A DNA stretch of 64,000 bases, taken from Sminthopsis crassicaudata (lineage: Eukaryota). How positions within the stretch are numbered: position 1 is the first letter of the stretch; every line of letters begins with the position of its first letter. The notes under the pieces were generated by a model, which had not been told where the DNA came from, made no database searches, and saw only the letters and a program-made list of their open reading frames with translations. The position numbers and the translations under genes were made by a program. Shown here piece by piece: positions 37,312-50,849 of the stretch. The DNA is taken from the NCBI RefSeq assembly GCF_048593235.1, contig NC_133617.1, forward strand, positions 476,264,958-476,328,957, in the 5' to 3' direction.

Positions 37312-37505
37312 CAGGGATTTTCAACCTCTCATGTGTCATGGTCTGCTTTGACAGACTGGTAAAACCTATGTGATTTTCAATACAAAAAGTAAAATTCATA
37401 GGATTACAAAGAAAACCAATTATATTGAAATACCACTATCAAAATATTAAACTAAAACAAGTAAACAAACAAGTTCTCACCATACCCAAGGTTAAATTTC
37501 TTTGA
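37312..37505 (+). mobile_element. hAT-Charlie family relic
   Basis: cagggattttcaacc TIR-like start; aaaattcataggattacaaagaaaaccaattatattgaaa shared with 13184-13413. Confidence 0.7.
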
Positions 37506-39124
37506 CATAGAGTATTGCCTAGGGCAAGAAAGATTAATTAATTTATCCAAATTCATAGAGTCAGTATATGTCAAGGACAGAATTTGATCTTGCTGACTTT
37601 GAGGCTGGCTCTTTATCCTCCATAGCACACTGCCTGTTTGATATTATTATGATTATGATCATCATTATTATGATTGTTGTTTGTTGTTGTTGTTATAGTT
37701 ACTGCTGTTATGGCAAGGAAGGAATCAAAGATTATTAGACATCAATTACTCTAGTGAATTCACTCGACCGATAAGGAAATATCCAGAATAATAAAATGAT
37801 CTGCTCAGGATCATACCTAGTTAGTATCAGAGCTAGAAATCCACTGTCTTCACAAGATCTTGAAGAAGAAAAAACAAACAACCCAAACTAACCCAATGAG
37901 TAGTCAAATGGTGCAATGCTTGTCCTGTCTAGGACAAAGGAGACACGTGCCGAGGAAGTCCAGGAAAATGATTTGGTTTGACTTTGGACTTTAAGATGCC
38001 TCTTCTACTCACTCACTGCACCATAACAGCAACGTCTTCCCCACCCACACTGCCCTGATCCACTGGCATATTGCTGATGTTGCCACTAACTCCTAGCTGA
38101 AAAGCTGTGAAATAATTTCCTCAGACCCCACCCTTTCAACCCCAATACTGCTCTAGAACACCGTGGAGCTATCCTAGTCCCCAGTCTTGGGTCTGCCTCC
38201 TAGCCCCAGCCCCCAGCTGGGTTTTGGCTGCATTCCCCCAAACTAGACAGCAAATGAAGGAAAGAAAAACAAAAAAGGGAGAGAGAGAGAGAGAGGAGGG
38301 GTGTGAGAGTGGAAATCACCCACTGTTTGTGATGGATGATGTTGGCACAGAAAGTAGACATCCAATGTCACAAATCTTTCTGCCTGCCATCCCTGGGCAG
38401 GATGGTAGCTCATGATGTGTGAATTTGTCAAAATGCATTTCCTCTTGACTCAGACCTCTGTTTAAAAAAAAAAAATCAGAAAGGTCCAGGGGAAGGGAGA
38501 CCAAGACACCGAAAAGATAGATTGAGGCTCCCTCAACATCAGGAACAAAGCTACTGCTAGGAATTAAGGCAGCAACCTTTTACCTCCCTGCAAGAATCAG
38601 ACATCACCAGCCTGTTTTATCTGTCTGGCACAGACGTGCCTTCATTCCCATACTCCTGCTGAGCCTAATAAAGCTACACTATTTTCCGAGGACCACCTTG
38701 GAAGGGCAATTACCAGAAGCCATGTCTAAGGGGGTAGTATGAGACAAAGCCAGTTGAGGGAGCTATTCACACAGTGACCATCAGAAATGCATAGAAAGGA
38801 AAAAGGAAGTAGCCTAGAGAGAAGTTTGTATGTGTGGTTGTGCTAAAGGCAAGCTGGATCCTTGACAAAATTATGAATGAGGCAAATTTGGTCTCCAGTG
38901 CCCTTCCATCTCTTTTTTAATGCCTTGTCACTCCCTTTAGTAAAGTTAACCTCAAAGTATATACCAATGGTTTTGTTGCCAAGAGTTTGATTGTGCCAGA
39001 TATTTATTGAAAAAACAGGGACATAGTCTTGAGAACTGATAAAAGGAAATCTCTTTGTAGAAGAAATTCTGTTAGAATGGGATTTGATTGTTGTATAAGA
39101 TTATCTGTGTGATGTGTGTGGTGT

Positions 39125-39310
39125 AACTGTATGAAACTCAAGTACAGGAACCATTTGGATTTAGAAAACCACAAATTAACATTATCTATGTTTGATGGTA
39201 TTTTTAATTTGTTTTGTGAAATATTTCCCAATTACATTTTAATCTGCGTTAGCCGTACTGGGGAATTTTCTCATGCATGGGGTCTGGAGGCTGAATTTCA
39301 AGACCTTTGG
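39125..39310 (+). mobile_element. Non-autonomous DNA transposon (hAT-like)
   Basis: ttagaaaaccacaaattaacattatctatgtt is an identical core to the copy at 17495. Confidence 0.65.
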
Positions 39311-40761
39311 TATAGCTGATGACCTCAGAGCCAGGAAAACCTAGATTTAAGTACTTTTTCTGGACATGTATTCACTATATGTGAGTGTCCAACTATTCTG
39401 TCCTACTTCTTGTATCTTAAATAGAATAATCCATTTGCTCACTAAGTGCCTTTTCATTTGATTGCCTCCTCCTATGCCATGCCTTTTATGCTCTTACTTG
39501 ACACTTCTTCCTCTAGGGTCTTCCTGGTTTCCCCCAAATCCTACTTTCTACAAAAGGCTCTTCCCATTGGTTCCCACATCTCATTTCTGGTACCTTTCCT
39601 AGTATATCAATAGAGTTGTTTGCATGTTGTCTCCCCATTAGTGTTTGAGCTTATTGAAGAGATGAGAACCATTTTTTAAAACCTTCTTTGTATCTGTAAT
39701 ACTTAGCACAGTTTTGTTAGCTGAATAACCAAATAAGTAAAATGTCTCAAGTCCTCACTCAGAACTAACTGTGTGTAAAATAAAAGTAACTTCTTTTCTA
39801 CCTAACTCAAGGGGAATGATGAGTAAAATCTTGTGTGAGAATCTTATGAGATCTCTAAAGAAAGCTATCAAGGTTTGCTATATTTTATGTGAGTCTTACA
39901 ACAATCATGGGAAGTAGGTGCTAGTATTTTCCCCGTTTTATAGTTGAGGTGACTGAGGCAGATAAAGGTTAAATGACTTGCCTAAGATTGTAGTTAGGAG
40001 ACATCTAAGTTCAAATTTGAGCTCAGATCTTCCTAATTCTGGGATGATGCTCTATCTATTGTGCCAGAAATGTTATGAGATGCTTCAGGAATCACAGGTT
40101 CCTTAGTACTAGAAATCTTCAAGCAATAATAGAATGGTTATTTGTTAAGTATGTTGTAGTAAACGTTTTCTTTTTAGGTAGGAATTAGATCAGCTGATAA
40201 TTGAGGTCACATCTCTAAAATTCTGTGACTATGATTCCAACAAGTTAAATTTAACTTAAAAGAAAATGGCACTACACTCATGGTTTGGATAGTAAGACAA
40301 GACACAATTTCATTTAGCAAACATGGCTTTGAACTGTATGCTTCCATGTAACTTTCCATGTGTCAAAATCCAAACAATTAGTCAAAGAATAAATGGAGCA
40401 CTTCAATGTCCAATACTCACTAGATGCTACTTTGGGGGATAGGGGCAGGAAGGGATGGGATCAACAGGATGCACAGAATTAGAGGTATGGCATTTGCCCA
40501 CCAAAAATGTATACTCTGTGAGAACAATTTTGATACCCCTACTCAATTTAATTAGTATTTATTCAATTCATTGTGATTTGATGGACATCCATGATTGTAT
40601 TAATGAATTAAGCAAATTAGAATTACTAATGGCACCTACTTTCCAGCGTTGTTGTGAGAATCAACTGAGATATTTATAACAAGGGTTTAACACAGTTCCT
40701 AGCATATAGTAGGTCCCTAATGAATACTTATTCCCTTCCTTCTCCTGCCATCCTCTATTTC

Positions 40762-41501
40762 TTTTTTTTTTTAATTTTGTAATTATAAAAAAATTTTTGA
40801 CAGTATATATGCATGAGTAATTTTTTTTATAATATTATCCCTTGTAATCATTTTTCCAAATTATCCCCTCCCTCCTTTTACTCCCTCCCCTAGATGACAG
40901 GCAATCCCATACATTTTACATGTATTACAGTATAACATATATACAATATATGTGTATAAATCCAATTTTCTTGTTGCACGTTAAGTATTACATTCCGAAG
41001 GTATAAGTAACCTGGGTAGATAGACAGTAGTGCTAACAATTTACATTCACTTCCCAGTGTTCCTTCTCTGGGTGTAGTTGTTTCTGTCCATCATTGATCA
41101 GCTGGAAGTGAGTTGGATCTTCTTTATGTTGAAGATATCCACTTCCATCAGAATACATCCTCATACAATATTGTTGTTGAAGTGTACAGTGATCTTCTGG
41201 TTCTGCTCATTTCACTCAGCAACAGTTGATTTAAGTCTCTCCAAGCCTCTCTGTATTCATCCTGCTGGTCATTTCTTACCGAGCAATAATATTCCATAAC
41301 CTTCATATACCATAATTTACCCAACCATTCTCCAATTGATGGACATCCATTCAACTTCCAGTTTCTAGCTACAACAAAAAGAGCTGCCACAAACATTTTG
41401 GCATATACAGGTCCCTTTCCCCTCCTCAGTATTTCTTTGGGATATAAGCCCAATAGCAGCAATGCTGGATCAAAGGGTATGCACAGTTTGATAACTTTTT
41501 G
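40762..41501 (-). mobile_element. Young 5'-truncated L1 with perfect 17-bp TSD
   Basis: ctgccatcctctatttc at 40745-40761 and 41502-41518; same 3' UTR subfamily as 18754-19875; ORF2 C-terminus open (ORF 41148-41462). Confidence 0.97.
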
Positions 41502-41559
41502 CTGCCATCCTCTATTTCAAATATGTTAGTAAACATGGAAAGGTTCGGGGAAGGTAAGA

Positions 41560-42330
41560 GTTGAACAGGATTTTAAACATAAATAAAATTTGTCTAGACA
41601 AAGACTAGCAGGAAGTTTTAATCAATCAACAAGCACTTATTAAACATCTACTATGTATCAGATACTTTGCAGGAAAAAAAACAAAATTGAAAGGCCTACC
41701 CTCAAGGAGTTTCTATCCTATAAAAGGAGATAGCACATATTCATACAATTATAGAAAATTCACTCAATCAGGCAATAAACATTTATTAAACACCTACTAT
41801 GTAGGCAAGCATTGGGGCTGTGGAGGAAGATAAAAATCTCTACTCTCAAGGAACTCACAGTTTAATAGGGAAGACAAAATGCAAACAACTATGAATCCCC
41901 CAAAAAACTACAATATAAAATAAAATAATGTATTTTCCAAGGAGGAAAGACTAATAGCTGACTATCAGGAAAGATTCATGAAGAAAGCGGTATTTAATGA
42001 GATTTGAAGGATGTTAAAAACTCTAAGATATAAAAGTAAAGAGGAAATATAGACTAGATTTGGGGAGATATCTCCTGCATAAAGAGGCAGAGATGGGATT
42101 TGGGAATGTTGCATGTGAAAAACAACAAGGCATCTGATTTGAACCAATCAAAGAGGACATGAATGTGAGCAATGGGTGGAGTAAGACTGTAAGCTAAGTG
42201 GGAACCAAGGAGTGGTGAGTTTTAAACACCAGAGGAGTTTGTTTTTGAATCTACAGCTAATAGGAAGATTCTAGAGCTTATCAATCAGGGATGTGACTTA
42301 GATGTGCTTTCAGGCTGGAGATAGAAGAAC
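41560..42330 (-). mobile_element. L2 LINE fragments
   Basis: Two L2 3' termini (tcaacaagcacttattaaacatctactatg; aaacatttattaaacacctactatg) plus purine-rich antisense body. Confidence 0.65.
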
Positions 42331-42459
42331 CAACCAAGAATGAAATAACCAGAATATTATTATTGTTGTTTCTTAATATGAACTATTCTCTATGAAATTA
42401 CCATCAAAGATAGCATGCCACAATGCAAAGAACACTGGGCTTACAATCAGGCAAATAGC

Positions 42460-42650
42460 TGGGTAGTTTAGTAGGTAGAGCACAGGTCCTGGTGTCAGGA
42501 AAGCCTGAGTTCAAATCTGTGGTCCTGGGCAAGTCACTTAACCTATTTGCCTCAGTTTCTTCATCTTTAAAATGAGCTGTAAAATGGCAAACCACTCCAG
42601 GACATTTGCAAGAAAACCTCATGTGCAGTCACCAAGGACACCAGTGAAAG
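42460..42650 (+). mobile_element. Mar1-type CORE-SINE
   Basis: CORE plus aaaatggcaaaccactccaggacatttgcaagaaaacc tail. Confidence 0.85.
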
Positions 42651-44893
42651 TAAATAACAACAAGAGTCAGGAAGATTTATGATTTGTAATTCAAATATCA
42701 CATCAGTCACTAGTATATGACTCTGGGCAACTACTGAGTCATCAACAACTATGATCCTTGTCAATGGAGGGAATTCCCTCATGGGAGTTCCCTACCAGAC
42801 AAAATCAGATTTCCTTCTTGTATTTCAAAAGAATTATGAATGATAATGTTGACAATTATGGCCCTAAGTGCTTTAAGATCTATGAATCAGCAAAGATAGT
42901 TACCATATATATAAAATACATATGGATGACTGCAGGCCAATTCTTTGAATATTCTGCCTAGAGAAGTTTTCCTAGAAAATTTTTAAGTTCTCAACTAATA
43001 GATCGCCCCCACATCTGTTCTGTATAAGTACATATATAACCCCTAAAGACTAAATCAGACTTCTTTATGAATTATACTTCTATTTCCATTTAAATCAATA
43101 GTTTTCAGGACTAAAGCCCCATGCCTTGATGTAAGACCTTAAGCAGTGAAAAAATTGAACTTGGTTTTACCACGTAAGATGAAAGAGTCAAAGAAAATCA
43201 AACCACTGTAGAGTTTCTTCTTTGACAAGAGTCTATTACTAAATGTTGGGAATAGATAGACCAAAAAAATCCTACACAAATTTACCAGAAAAATTGTCCT
43301 TTGCTTTCCTTGAGAGGAAATCATTGTCTGGATGACTTTGAGAGGAGTCATTAGATATTTTTATTCTTTACTGCACTGGAGAATGGCATATAGTATGTAC
43401 ATATTCAGAAAATATTATACAACTTTTTCTTCAACATTAATCAGATTCCAGAAGAATCAATGAAGTTCCTATGGTCATGAACAATTTGAATGAATTAGTT
43501 GGGGCCCAGAATTTATGCACGAGGGAATAGTCATTCATTTTACCCATCAAACCTGACAAGAAAGTTCTAGCAGAAGAGTTGAGTTTTGGTGTGTGCCATT
43601 GGATCAATTAAATTCATTTAACTGCAGATTCAACAAAACTTTATTAAACATCAGTTTTGTGCAAAGCTTCTAACCTAAGCACTGAGAACACAAAGAAAAT
43701 AAGGGAACAGTCCTACCTAACTACCCCCAAGGACATTTTATTATTTACAGAAGAGGAGATAAAAAGGGTTAGGGTCTTGCCTGAAGTTGCAAGCTAAAAA
43801 CAATGTAGTTTCATCCACAAGGAAGAAGGTTTCAGAGGTCTCCTCTGCTTTCTCATTTCACACTGTTTTCTAGGACTTTGCCAATAACTCTGCTCCCTGG
43901 GCATTATTCATTTATATTAAGATGTAGCAGGAAGTTCCTTTCTTCTCCCCACCCCCATCCTGGGCATGAAGGTTTTACCTTGTAATATTCCATTTGGTAC
44001 TTTTCCAATACACATCTGCATTTTAATGCTAGCTCCCTGTCCCTTTAAAAAAACCAAATGCCCTGCCAGATGAATTGTAGAATAAGATATACTTTTCTAC
44101 ATCTGGCTAATGTAGAAATTTGTTTTGTTTAACTATGCTTATATGGTACAAGAAATTTATGATTTTTTTTTTCTTTTTTCTTTTTTTTTTTTAAAGGATG
44201 AAAGTTATGAGAAAGATAAATGTGTAATGTAAAAAAAAGAAGGTATTTATTGTCATTTTAAAAATAAATACTTAGGGAAGGAGACAATTTAGAACTGAAA
44301 ATAAAAATAAATAAATACTACACCCCATATTTGCATTGTAACTACAATAATAGGGTTTATCATGTGCTCTGGAACTGTGCTAAACGCTTTCCAAATATCA
44401 AATTTGATCCTCACAATAATAGTGTGAGGTAGGTACTATTATTATCCTCATTTTTAACTAGAGGAAACTGAGGCACCTTAGGTCATAGAACTAATTAAGG
44501 GGAGACTGATTTGAACTCAGTTCTTCACGACTCAAGACTCTATTTACTGTGCCACTTACCCTCACAAACATTTTTATCCCCTTCTTTGAGTATTGACTCA
44601 AAATCCACAATCTTTTTTTTTTTTTTTTTAGCAATTTTGAGCAAATTGAGGAAATTCCCTTTAGCAATATAGACAAGGTAGACTGGCACTTCTTCAATAG
44701 ACAGACTTCGACAATGGCCTGAATTACAAAGTTTAAGCAACTTATCCTGGAACGTGAGCCCAGATTCTTCCTGAAGCTGAGGTCACTTCTTGATCCTCTG
44801 TACCACTATCTCTCAGTTTTTGTTCTGTTGAAGGAAAGAGGCTAAGGTAAGAATAGAAATTGCTCCTCATGAGAAGATTACCATCATCTGATT

Positions 44894-45321
44894 TGTGTGG
44901 GATGGGTGCTAGACCCCCTCCCTAAATTAACTAATCAGAGACATCTTCAGGTACAAAGAGAAAGTATGTATTTAGTCCCTGCAAGAAGAGGTATCTCAGC
45001 TCCCAATATGTGCTTCACCTGGCAAGCCTGGAAATAGTAAAGCTGGCTAAATAGCAAAAGACCCAAATGTCTTCATTGGATGGACTAAAAAGGAAGTAAC
45101 CATTATTGACCAATGGTTACCAATGTTGGCTACTTCATGTGGGTCATGTCACTTCCTGACGCTTAGACCTAGGTTCTGACCTTTCTTACTCTATAGAACT
45201 CTTTTGGGAATAGAGTTCAAGTGATGTAGGCCCAAGGTCTGACCTAGTCCATCTCATAGACTTTTTGAGAAAACTTCATCTGGTCTCATTCAGACTGGTT
45301 GAAGTATCTCCTTTCTCCACA
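44894..45321 (-). mobile_element. Solo LTR
   Basis: TG...CA ends (tgtgtggg...ctccaca), about 430 bp, near-matching 5-bp flanks tgatt/ttatt. Strand is inferred. Confidence 0.6.
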
Positions 45322-45679
45322 TTATTCTTCATTCTGACATTAGTCTTACCTAAGCTTGGAATCAAGATGTAGTTACATCATGGAAGCTTGGAACTGAAAT
45401 GTCCAAAGCCATTATGGAATTTGAACCAATCCAGCCGTCTGCTTCTGTCTTAATACAATCACAAGAACATTTGCTCCTCCTAAGAGACTGGCTCCCTCCT
45501 CCCAAGTAGCAGACTTTCTTTGGGGATAGAACTGAAAACATTGCCAACTCATAAAAGCGATATCACTGGAGCATGAGGGATCTGAAGGCTGCTGCAAGCC
45601 TGGCTTTGCAGGAAGTCTCACAACTGAGGACAGCGTCTGTCTCAAATGTTTTTTTTCTTGTGAAGTAGTGAGGAGAGGA

Positions 45680-46460
45680 ATAACATTTTATTATATATTT
45701 AGATGCCTATTATATGTATTTATAGATATTTTATATTTACATACATATATGGTACATCTATAGTATTTTATATATTTATACAAGTTTTATATGTACATTT
45801 ATAAGCATATCTGCATTATATTTGCATGTATATTATATACACATTATATGTATTTATAGATATTCACATCTATCCCACATTATACATTTGAATATTATAT
45901 AAATTTGTGATATATTATAATTTATACACATATGTATTTTACATGTGAACATATAAATATTACACATGTCTATAGATTCACATGGATATTATATATTTGG
46001 GTATATTTTATATTTGTATATATGTATTTTGCATTTATAGAGATTTTTATATTTGCATAGGTATTATACATATACATTTATAGGTATTTTATATATTTCA
46101 TATATTATTATACATACATCTATATGCATTTCATAGATATTCACATTGTATTACATGCACATTTATATGTATTATATATTTACATATTGTATAAATTTAT
46201 AGGTATTAATATATCTATATAACATATATAGTTATAGTTATTTTATGTTTACATACATATTGTATATTTATAGTTATTTTATATATTTACATAGTTGTTA
46301 TATATATTTATAGATATTTTATATATTTATTATTTTTAATTATATATTATACACATATTTATATGTATTTTATATTTACATATATAAACTTATAGATATT
46401 TATGTGTCTATGTATTGTTATTTAGACATTTATAGGTATTTTGTATATTTGTATTATATA
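45680..46460. repeat. About 780 bp decayed AT-rich low-complexity block
   Basis: tatat/tttat/tacat/tagat motifs throughout, very low GC. Confidence 0.9.
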
Positions 46461-46891
46461 TGTTGTCTTTCCTGATAAAATATAAGCTTTCCAAAGCCAC
46501 AGCCCATATTTACTTTTTGCCTTTGTATTCCCAGCATTTAGCTCAGTGTTTGGAACACAGAAAGCACATAATAAATGCGTATACATTGATTAGAGAAGAG
46601 AACAAAATTTATTAAGTGCCTACTATGTGCCAGACATTTTGCTAAGTGATTAACAAATATTATTTCATTTGATCCTCAGGGGCCAATATTACCTTCATTC
46701 CACTGATGGAATGAAGGAAACTGAGGCAAATAGGGTCAAGTGACTTGCCCAAGGTCACACAGCTAGGAAGGATTTGGGGTCAGATTTGAACTTAGTTTTT
46801 CCACCCTCTAGATTGGTGGTATAGTGAAGAGGGTACAAACCCTGGAGTCAGGAGGACCTGATTTCCAGTTTGACCTCAGACACTTAGTAGC

Positions 46892-47391
46892 TGTTTGAGA
46901 AACTGAGGCAAGATGGAGATTAAAGAGTATTTAATATTTTATTTGAAAGAGAGAGACTTACTGGGACCAAATGGATCCATGGTTTGGTCCCAGGGCTGAA
47001 TGAGACTATTATCTCCAAGATTCCAGCAAACAATGTGAGTTCTCAATGACATATATACAAGTGGCTCAGACTCAGGGGGTAGATGGAGGCAGGGGTGGAG
47101 TCAGAGTGCTAAGAGCCAGAACTGAACTCTGACAGGGTGGGGTGAGCCACCGGAGATGGGGAGATAAAACAATATCTGATATTCTGATAGATTGAGATGG
47201 GAAGAGACATTCTGATATTCTAAAATATAAGATCTTTTATCCTTATCAAATATTCTGATGATTAAGAGGGAGGAGAGGTTTTGCAGGATTTAGCAGAACA
47301 ATTAGAAACTCAGGCAGAACAATTAGGGAAACCAAGACTGGACAATTAAGGACACTGAGTCAGGACAATAAAAGAGAACTGTACCATAACA
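46892..47391 (-). mobile_element. Solo ERV LTR inserted in a CORE-SINE
   Basis: On the minus strand: tgttatgg start, TATA (gtatatat at about 47055), AATAAA at about 46940, ctcaaaca end. Confidence 0.8.
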
Positions 47392-47837
47392 AAATAATAG
47401 GTTCTTTCATTTTCAAAATATATGCAAAGATAATTTTCACCCTTGCAAAATCTTGTGTTCCAAATTTTCTTCCAGGGTTGTTGTGAAGATAAAATGAATT
47501 AATATTTATAAAGTGCTTTTTAAATCTTAAAATACTATATAAATGCTAGCAATTAATATCATCATCATCATCATCATCATCATCCCTTGCAAATTATTCA
47601 TAAAAAGGACACAGCTTGGAGACTCTGCTAATTGCTGTTTACTGCTCTATTCAGAATAGATCTAACTATTTATTCCTACTATGCATAAGATACTGGACTA
47701 GGCACAGAGGGAGATTCAGCTATTAATAAAATATAGTCCATCATGCAGTGTATAATCTAGTAAGACAGACCAAACACAAATAATACAAGTCACATGTTCT
47801 TTTCTGGGCATTATCTTACCATTTAAAAAGCAGCAGT

Positions 47838-48230
47838 TCATGGCTCTTTTCAACAAGGAGGTGATTCAAGGGACTCCAGTAGACTTGGGATGGGAAGTGC
47901 CATCTGCATACAGAGAACTATGGACCCTGAATGTGGATTATAACATAATATTGTCACCTTTTAATTGTTGCTTGTTTGCTTGCTTTTTTCTTTCTCATGG
48001 TCCCCCTTTTGATGTGATTTTTCTTGTTCAGTATAATAATATGGAAATATGTTTAGAAGAATTACACGTTTATCCTACATTAGATTACTTTGCTATACAG
48101 GGGAGGGGAGAGGAGGTAAAGGCGTAAGAAAAATTTGGAACACAAGGTTTTGCAAACATGAATGTTGAAAATTTCTTTGCATGTACTTTGAAAAATAAAA
48201 AACCATTATTATTTTAATTAATTAATTGAT
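47838..48230 (+). mobile_element. L1 3' UTR fragment with TSD
   Basis: tttaaaaagcagcagttc (about 47822) and tttaaaaaggcagcagctc (about 48231) flank an L1 3' UTR. Confidence 0.85.
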
Positions 48231-48466
48231 TTAAAAAGGCAGCAGCTCTAGAGAAACAGCCTGAAATATTTCTCTTTCCTCTCTGCATTTCTGCATTCAC
48301 TCCAGTAGATGCTATACAGGGGAGGGGAGAGGAGGAAAAGGCGTGAGAAAAATTTGGAACACAAGGTTTTGCAAACATGAATATTGAAAATTATCTTTGC
48401 ATGTACTTTGAAAAACAAAAAACCATTATTATTTTAATTAATTATTTAAAAAGGCAGCAGCTCTAG
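48091..48466 (+). repeat. Near-identical direct repeat (48091-48251 and 48310-48466)
   Basis: About 160-bp copies differing by a few substitutions and a short indel; each covers the L1 tail plus 3' flank. Confidence 0.95.
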
Positions 48467-48517
48467 TTAAGCACCAAAACCACAAAAACAAAACAAAAAT
48501 CAATCCCTATATTCAAG

Positions 48518-48830
48518 NNNNNNNNNNNNNNNNNNNNNNNNNNNNNNNNNNNNNNNNNNNNNNNNNNNNNNNNNNNNNNNNNNNNNNNNNNNNNNNNNNN
48601 NNNNNNNNNNNNNNNNNNNNNNNNNNNNNNNNNNNNNNNNNNNNNNNNNNNNNNNNNNNNNNNNNNNNNNNNNNNNNNNNNNNNNNNNNNNNNNNNNNNN
48701 NNNNNNNNNNNNNNNNNNNNNNNNNNNNNNNNNNNNNNNNNNNNNNNNNNNNNNNNNNNNNNNNNNNNNNNNNNNNNNNNNNNNNNNNNNNNNNNNNNNN
48801 NNNNNNNNNNNNNNNNNNNNNNNNNNNNNN
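48518..48830. other. Assembly gap (313 N)
   Basis: Run of N. Confidence 1.
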
Positions 48831-50849
48831 TATTTGGAACCTAAAAATGAATCTGGCCTTGCAAGCACAAAAAATGGGCCCCCCCACCAGTGAGGTGTGA
48901 TTTTTAAGAGGTGCCAGAGTCTGGGTTTACTGATATCTTTCCCACCATCTGTCTCAGGGCCTGAAATTTTGCTTTTAGAGATCCATGACTTGGGGTCTTA
49001 AAAGGCTTTTGGTCTTTAAGAATCCCCTATTAAAAAACAAATACTCCTAAAAGGGTAATACCTTAAGCCATTATTAGCTAACATCTCAGTAAGGATTAGA
49101 AGACAGCCAGCTGAGAGTAAAGCTCTATACTTAGGACCTTGAGTAACAGGGATAGGGGGTTGGAGGAAACCTCATGAGGGGAAAATTGACTTTCTTCTCC
49201 CATCTGGATCATCTCCTTCAGCAACCTAAGTCAAATTGTGTTTCCTTCCCATTTTTGTTAAGGCCCAATCTGTCTAGGACTAATCTTTATGCTTTAGAAA
49301 GCAAAGGTCTCCTTTAGTTTAAAATGAAGCAGGGCCGATAAGGAGATGGAAGTTAAGCAGCAAGCATTTATGATGGATTTCTGAGATTTCAGAGGCCTCA
49401 GGATTCTCTATATGCTCCATCCCCCACTTCCCAGCTCACATAAAGACCAGACCAGCTTGTGGTATAAGCCAGGTGGATGGCAACTGCATTTTTATGCAGA
49501 GGAACAAATCCAAATTTCAGGCTCCACACTTGGGAGGGAAGTTTTCCTAACATGTTCACATCCTAATTAATTAAACTGTTGTTGAACATTCCTTAGCAAT
49601 TCGAGCATTATTGTATATAGGGAAGTGAACATTTGGGCTCCCAATAGTTTCCCATACTTCCTCAGGGCCAGTCTGGCTGGTCACTAAGGGAAGATGCTTG
49701 AATAAAAAGAGATAATTATTTTTCTTCGGCTCTCAGCATATAATGTTGGGCTGTATATCACCCCATATATATGGAATTTAGGAAAATGCTTTCCACACCC
49801 AGGAATGTGAATTGTTTCCTGTGCTAGCTTTGATGATCAGCCCAACACATTGCAGTCCCTCTGATTTCTGTAAGTCTAGATCTTCCAGCTTTTGATTCCT
49901 TGTCTTGTTTTCTTCAAGAGTGTGGGAAAATCCATGTTAGTTTAAGGTAAGTCCACTTTTCAGTCTCTTCTACGAGATAGTTTTAATCAAAACACCACCA
50001 AGTGAAGTCTTGGCCAAATAAGGGCCCTGTCCAGACATTAGGATGTAATAGTGAGATGAATGGATCAGGGCAGGAAAAAGTGAAGGGGAGAGCTTTATTG
50101 GACTGTGTCACATGAATGAGCAGCAAAATGTGAAACCTTGATTCTAGAACACTGATGGTGAAGTATTACTTCCTGACCCAGAGGTAATGGACTCAGTGCA
50201 GAATAAGGCATATACCTTTGGACATGGCCAGTGCAGAAATTTGTTTTGCTTAACTATTCATATTTGTTAGAAGGATTTTGGTTTTGTTTTCAATGGACGT
50301 AGGAGATGAAAAGCAAAGAAAATAGATTTTTATTAACTGAAAAAATTCACTTTAATTTTTAAAAATGTGACATAGGGAAAATTGGTATTACCTATATGCA
50401 ATTATATCTTCTAAACAATGGATTAAATTTTTATTTTGGAGCAAAAAAATGCCAAAGGGATCCGTGTTACCTGTATTGCATTGGAAACTTCAGTACCAGA
50501 CTAAGATGGCACTTAAAGTCTTCTAATTTTAGGGTGTGTGTGTGAGGTGGGGGTAGTACAGTATAGCCTTTGGGGGAAAAAAAAAAAAAAAGAGTAAATT
50601 CTTATATTTGGCTAGTGCTTTTTTCCAATGCTTTTCTATGTTCATTATAACCTTTGAGTTAGCAGAACAATATTAGATTATTCCCATCTTAAAGCTGAGG
50701 AAACTAAGGTTCAATAAAATTAGATCATTCTATAATGAATTAATTGATAAAGACAAAAACTAGAACCCAATTCACTATAGTATAGTAAAAACAAGAACAA
50801 AAAACAAACTTTTTGATTTGGAATCAGCAGTTATGAGAATAAATCTTGG

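Noticed and set aside
45349-45525. Exon at the strong minus donor CTTAG|gtaaga, or a plus-strand TLDc-like peptide (EHLLLLRDWLPP)
   Set aside because: The nearest acceptor gives stops in all three frames, and the plus-strand peptide ends in a stop without a credible donor or further TLDc motifs.
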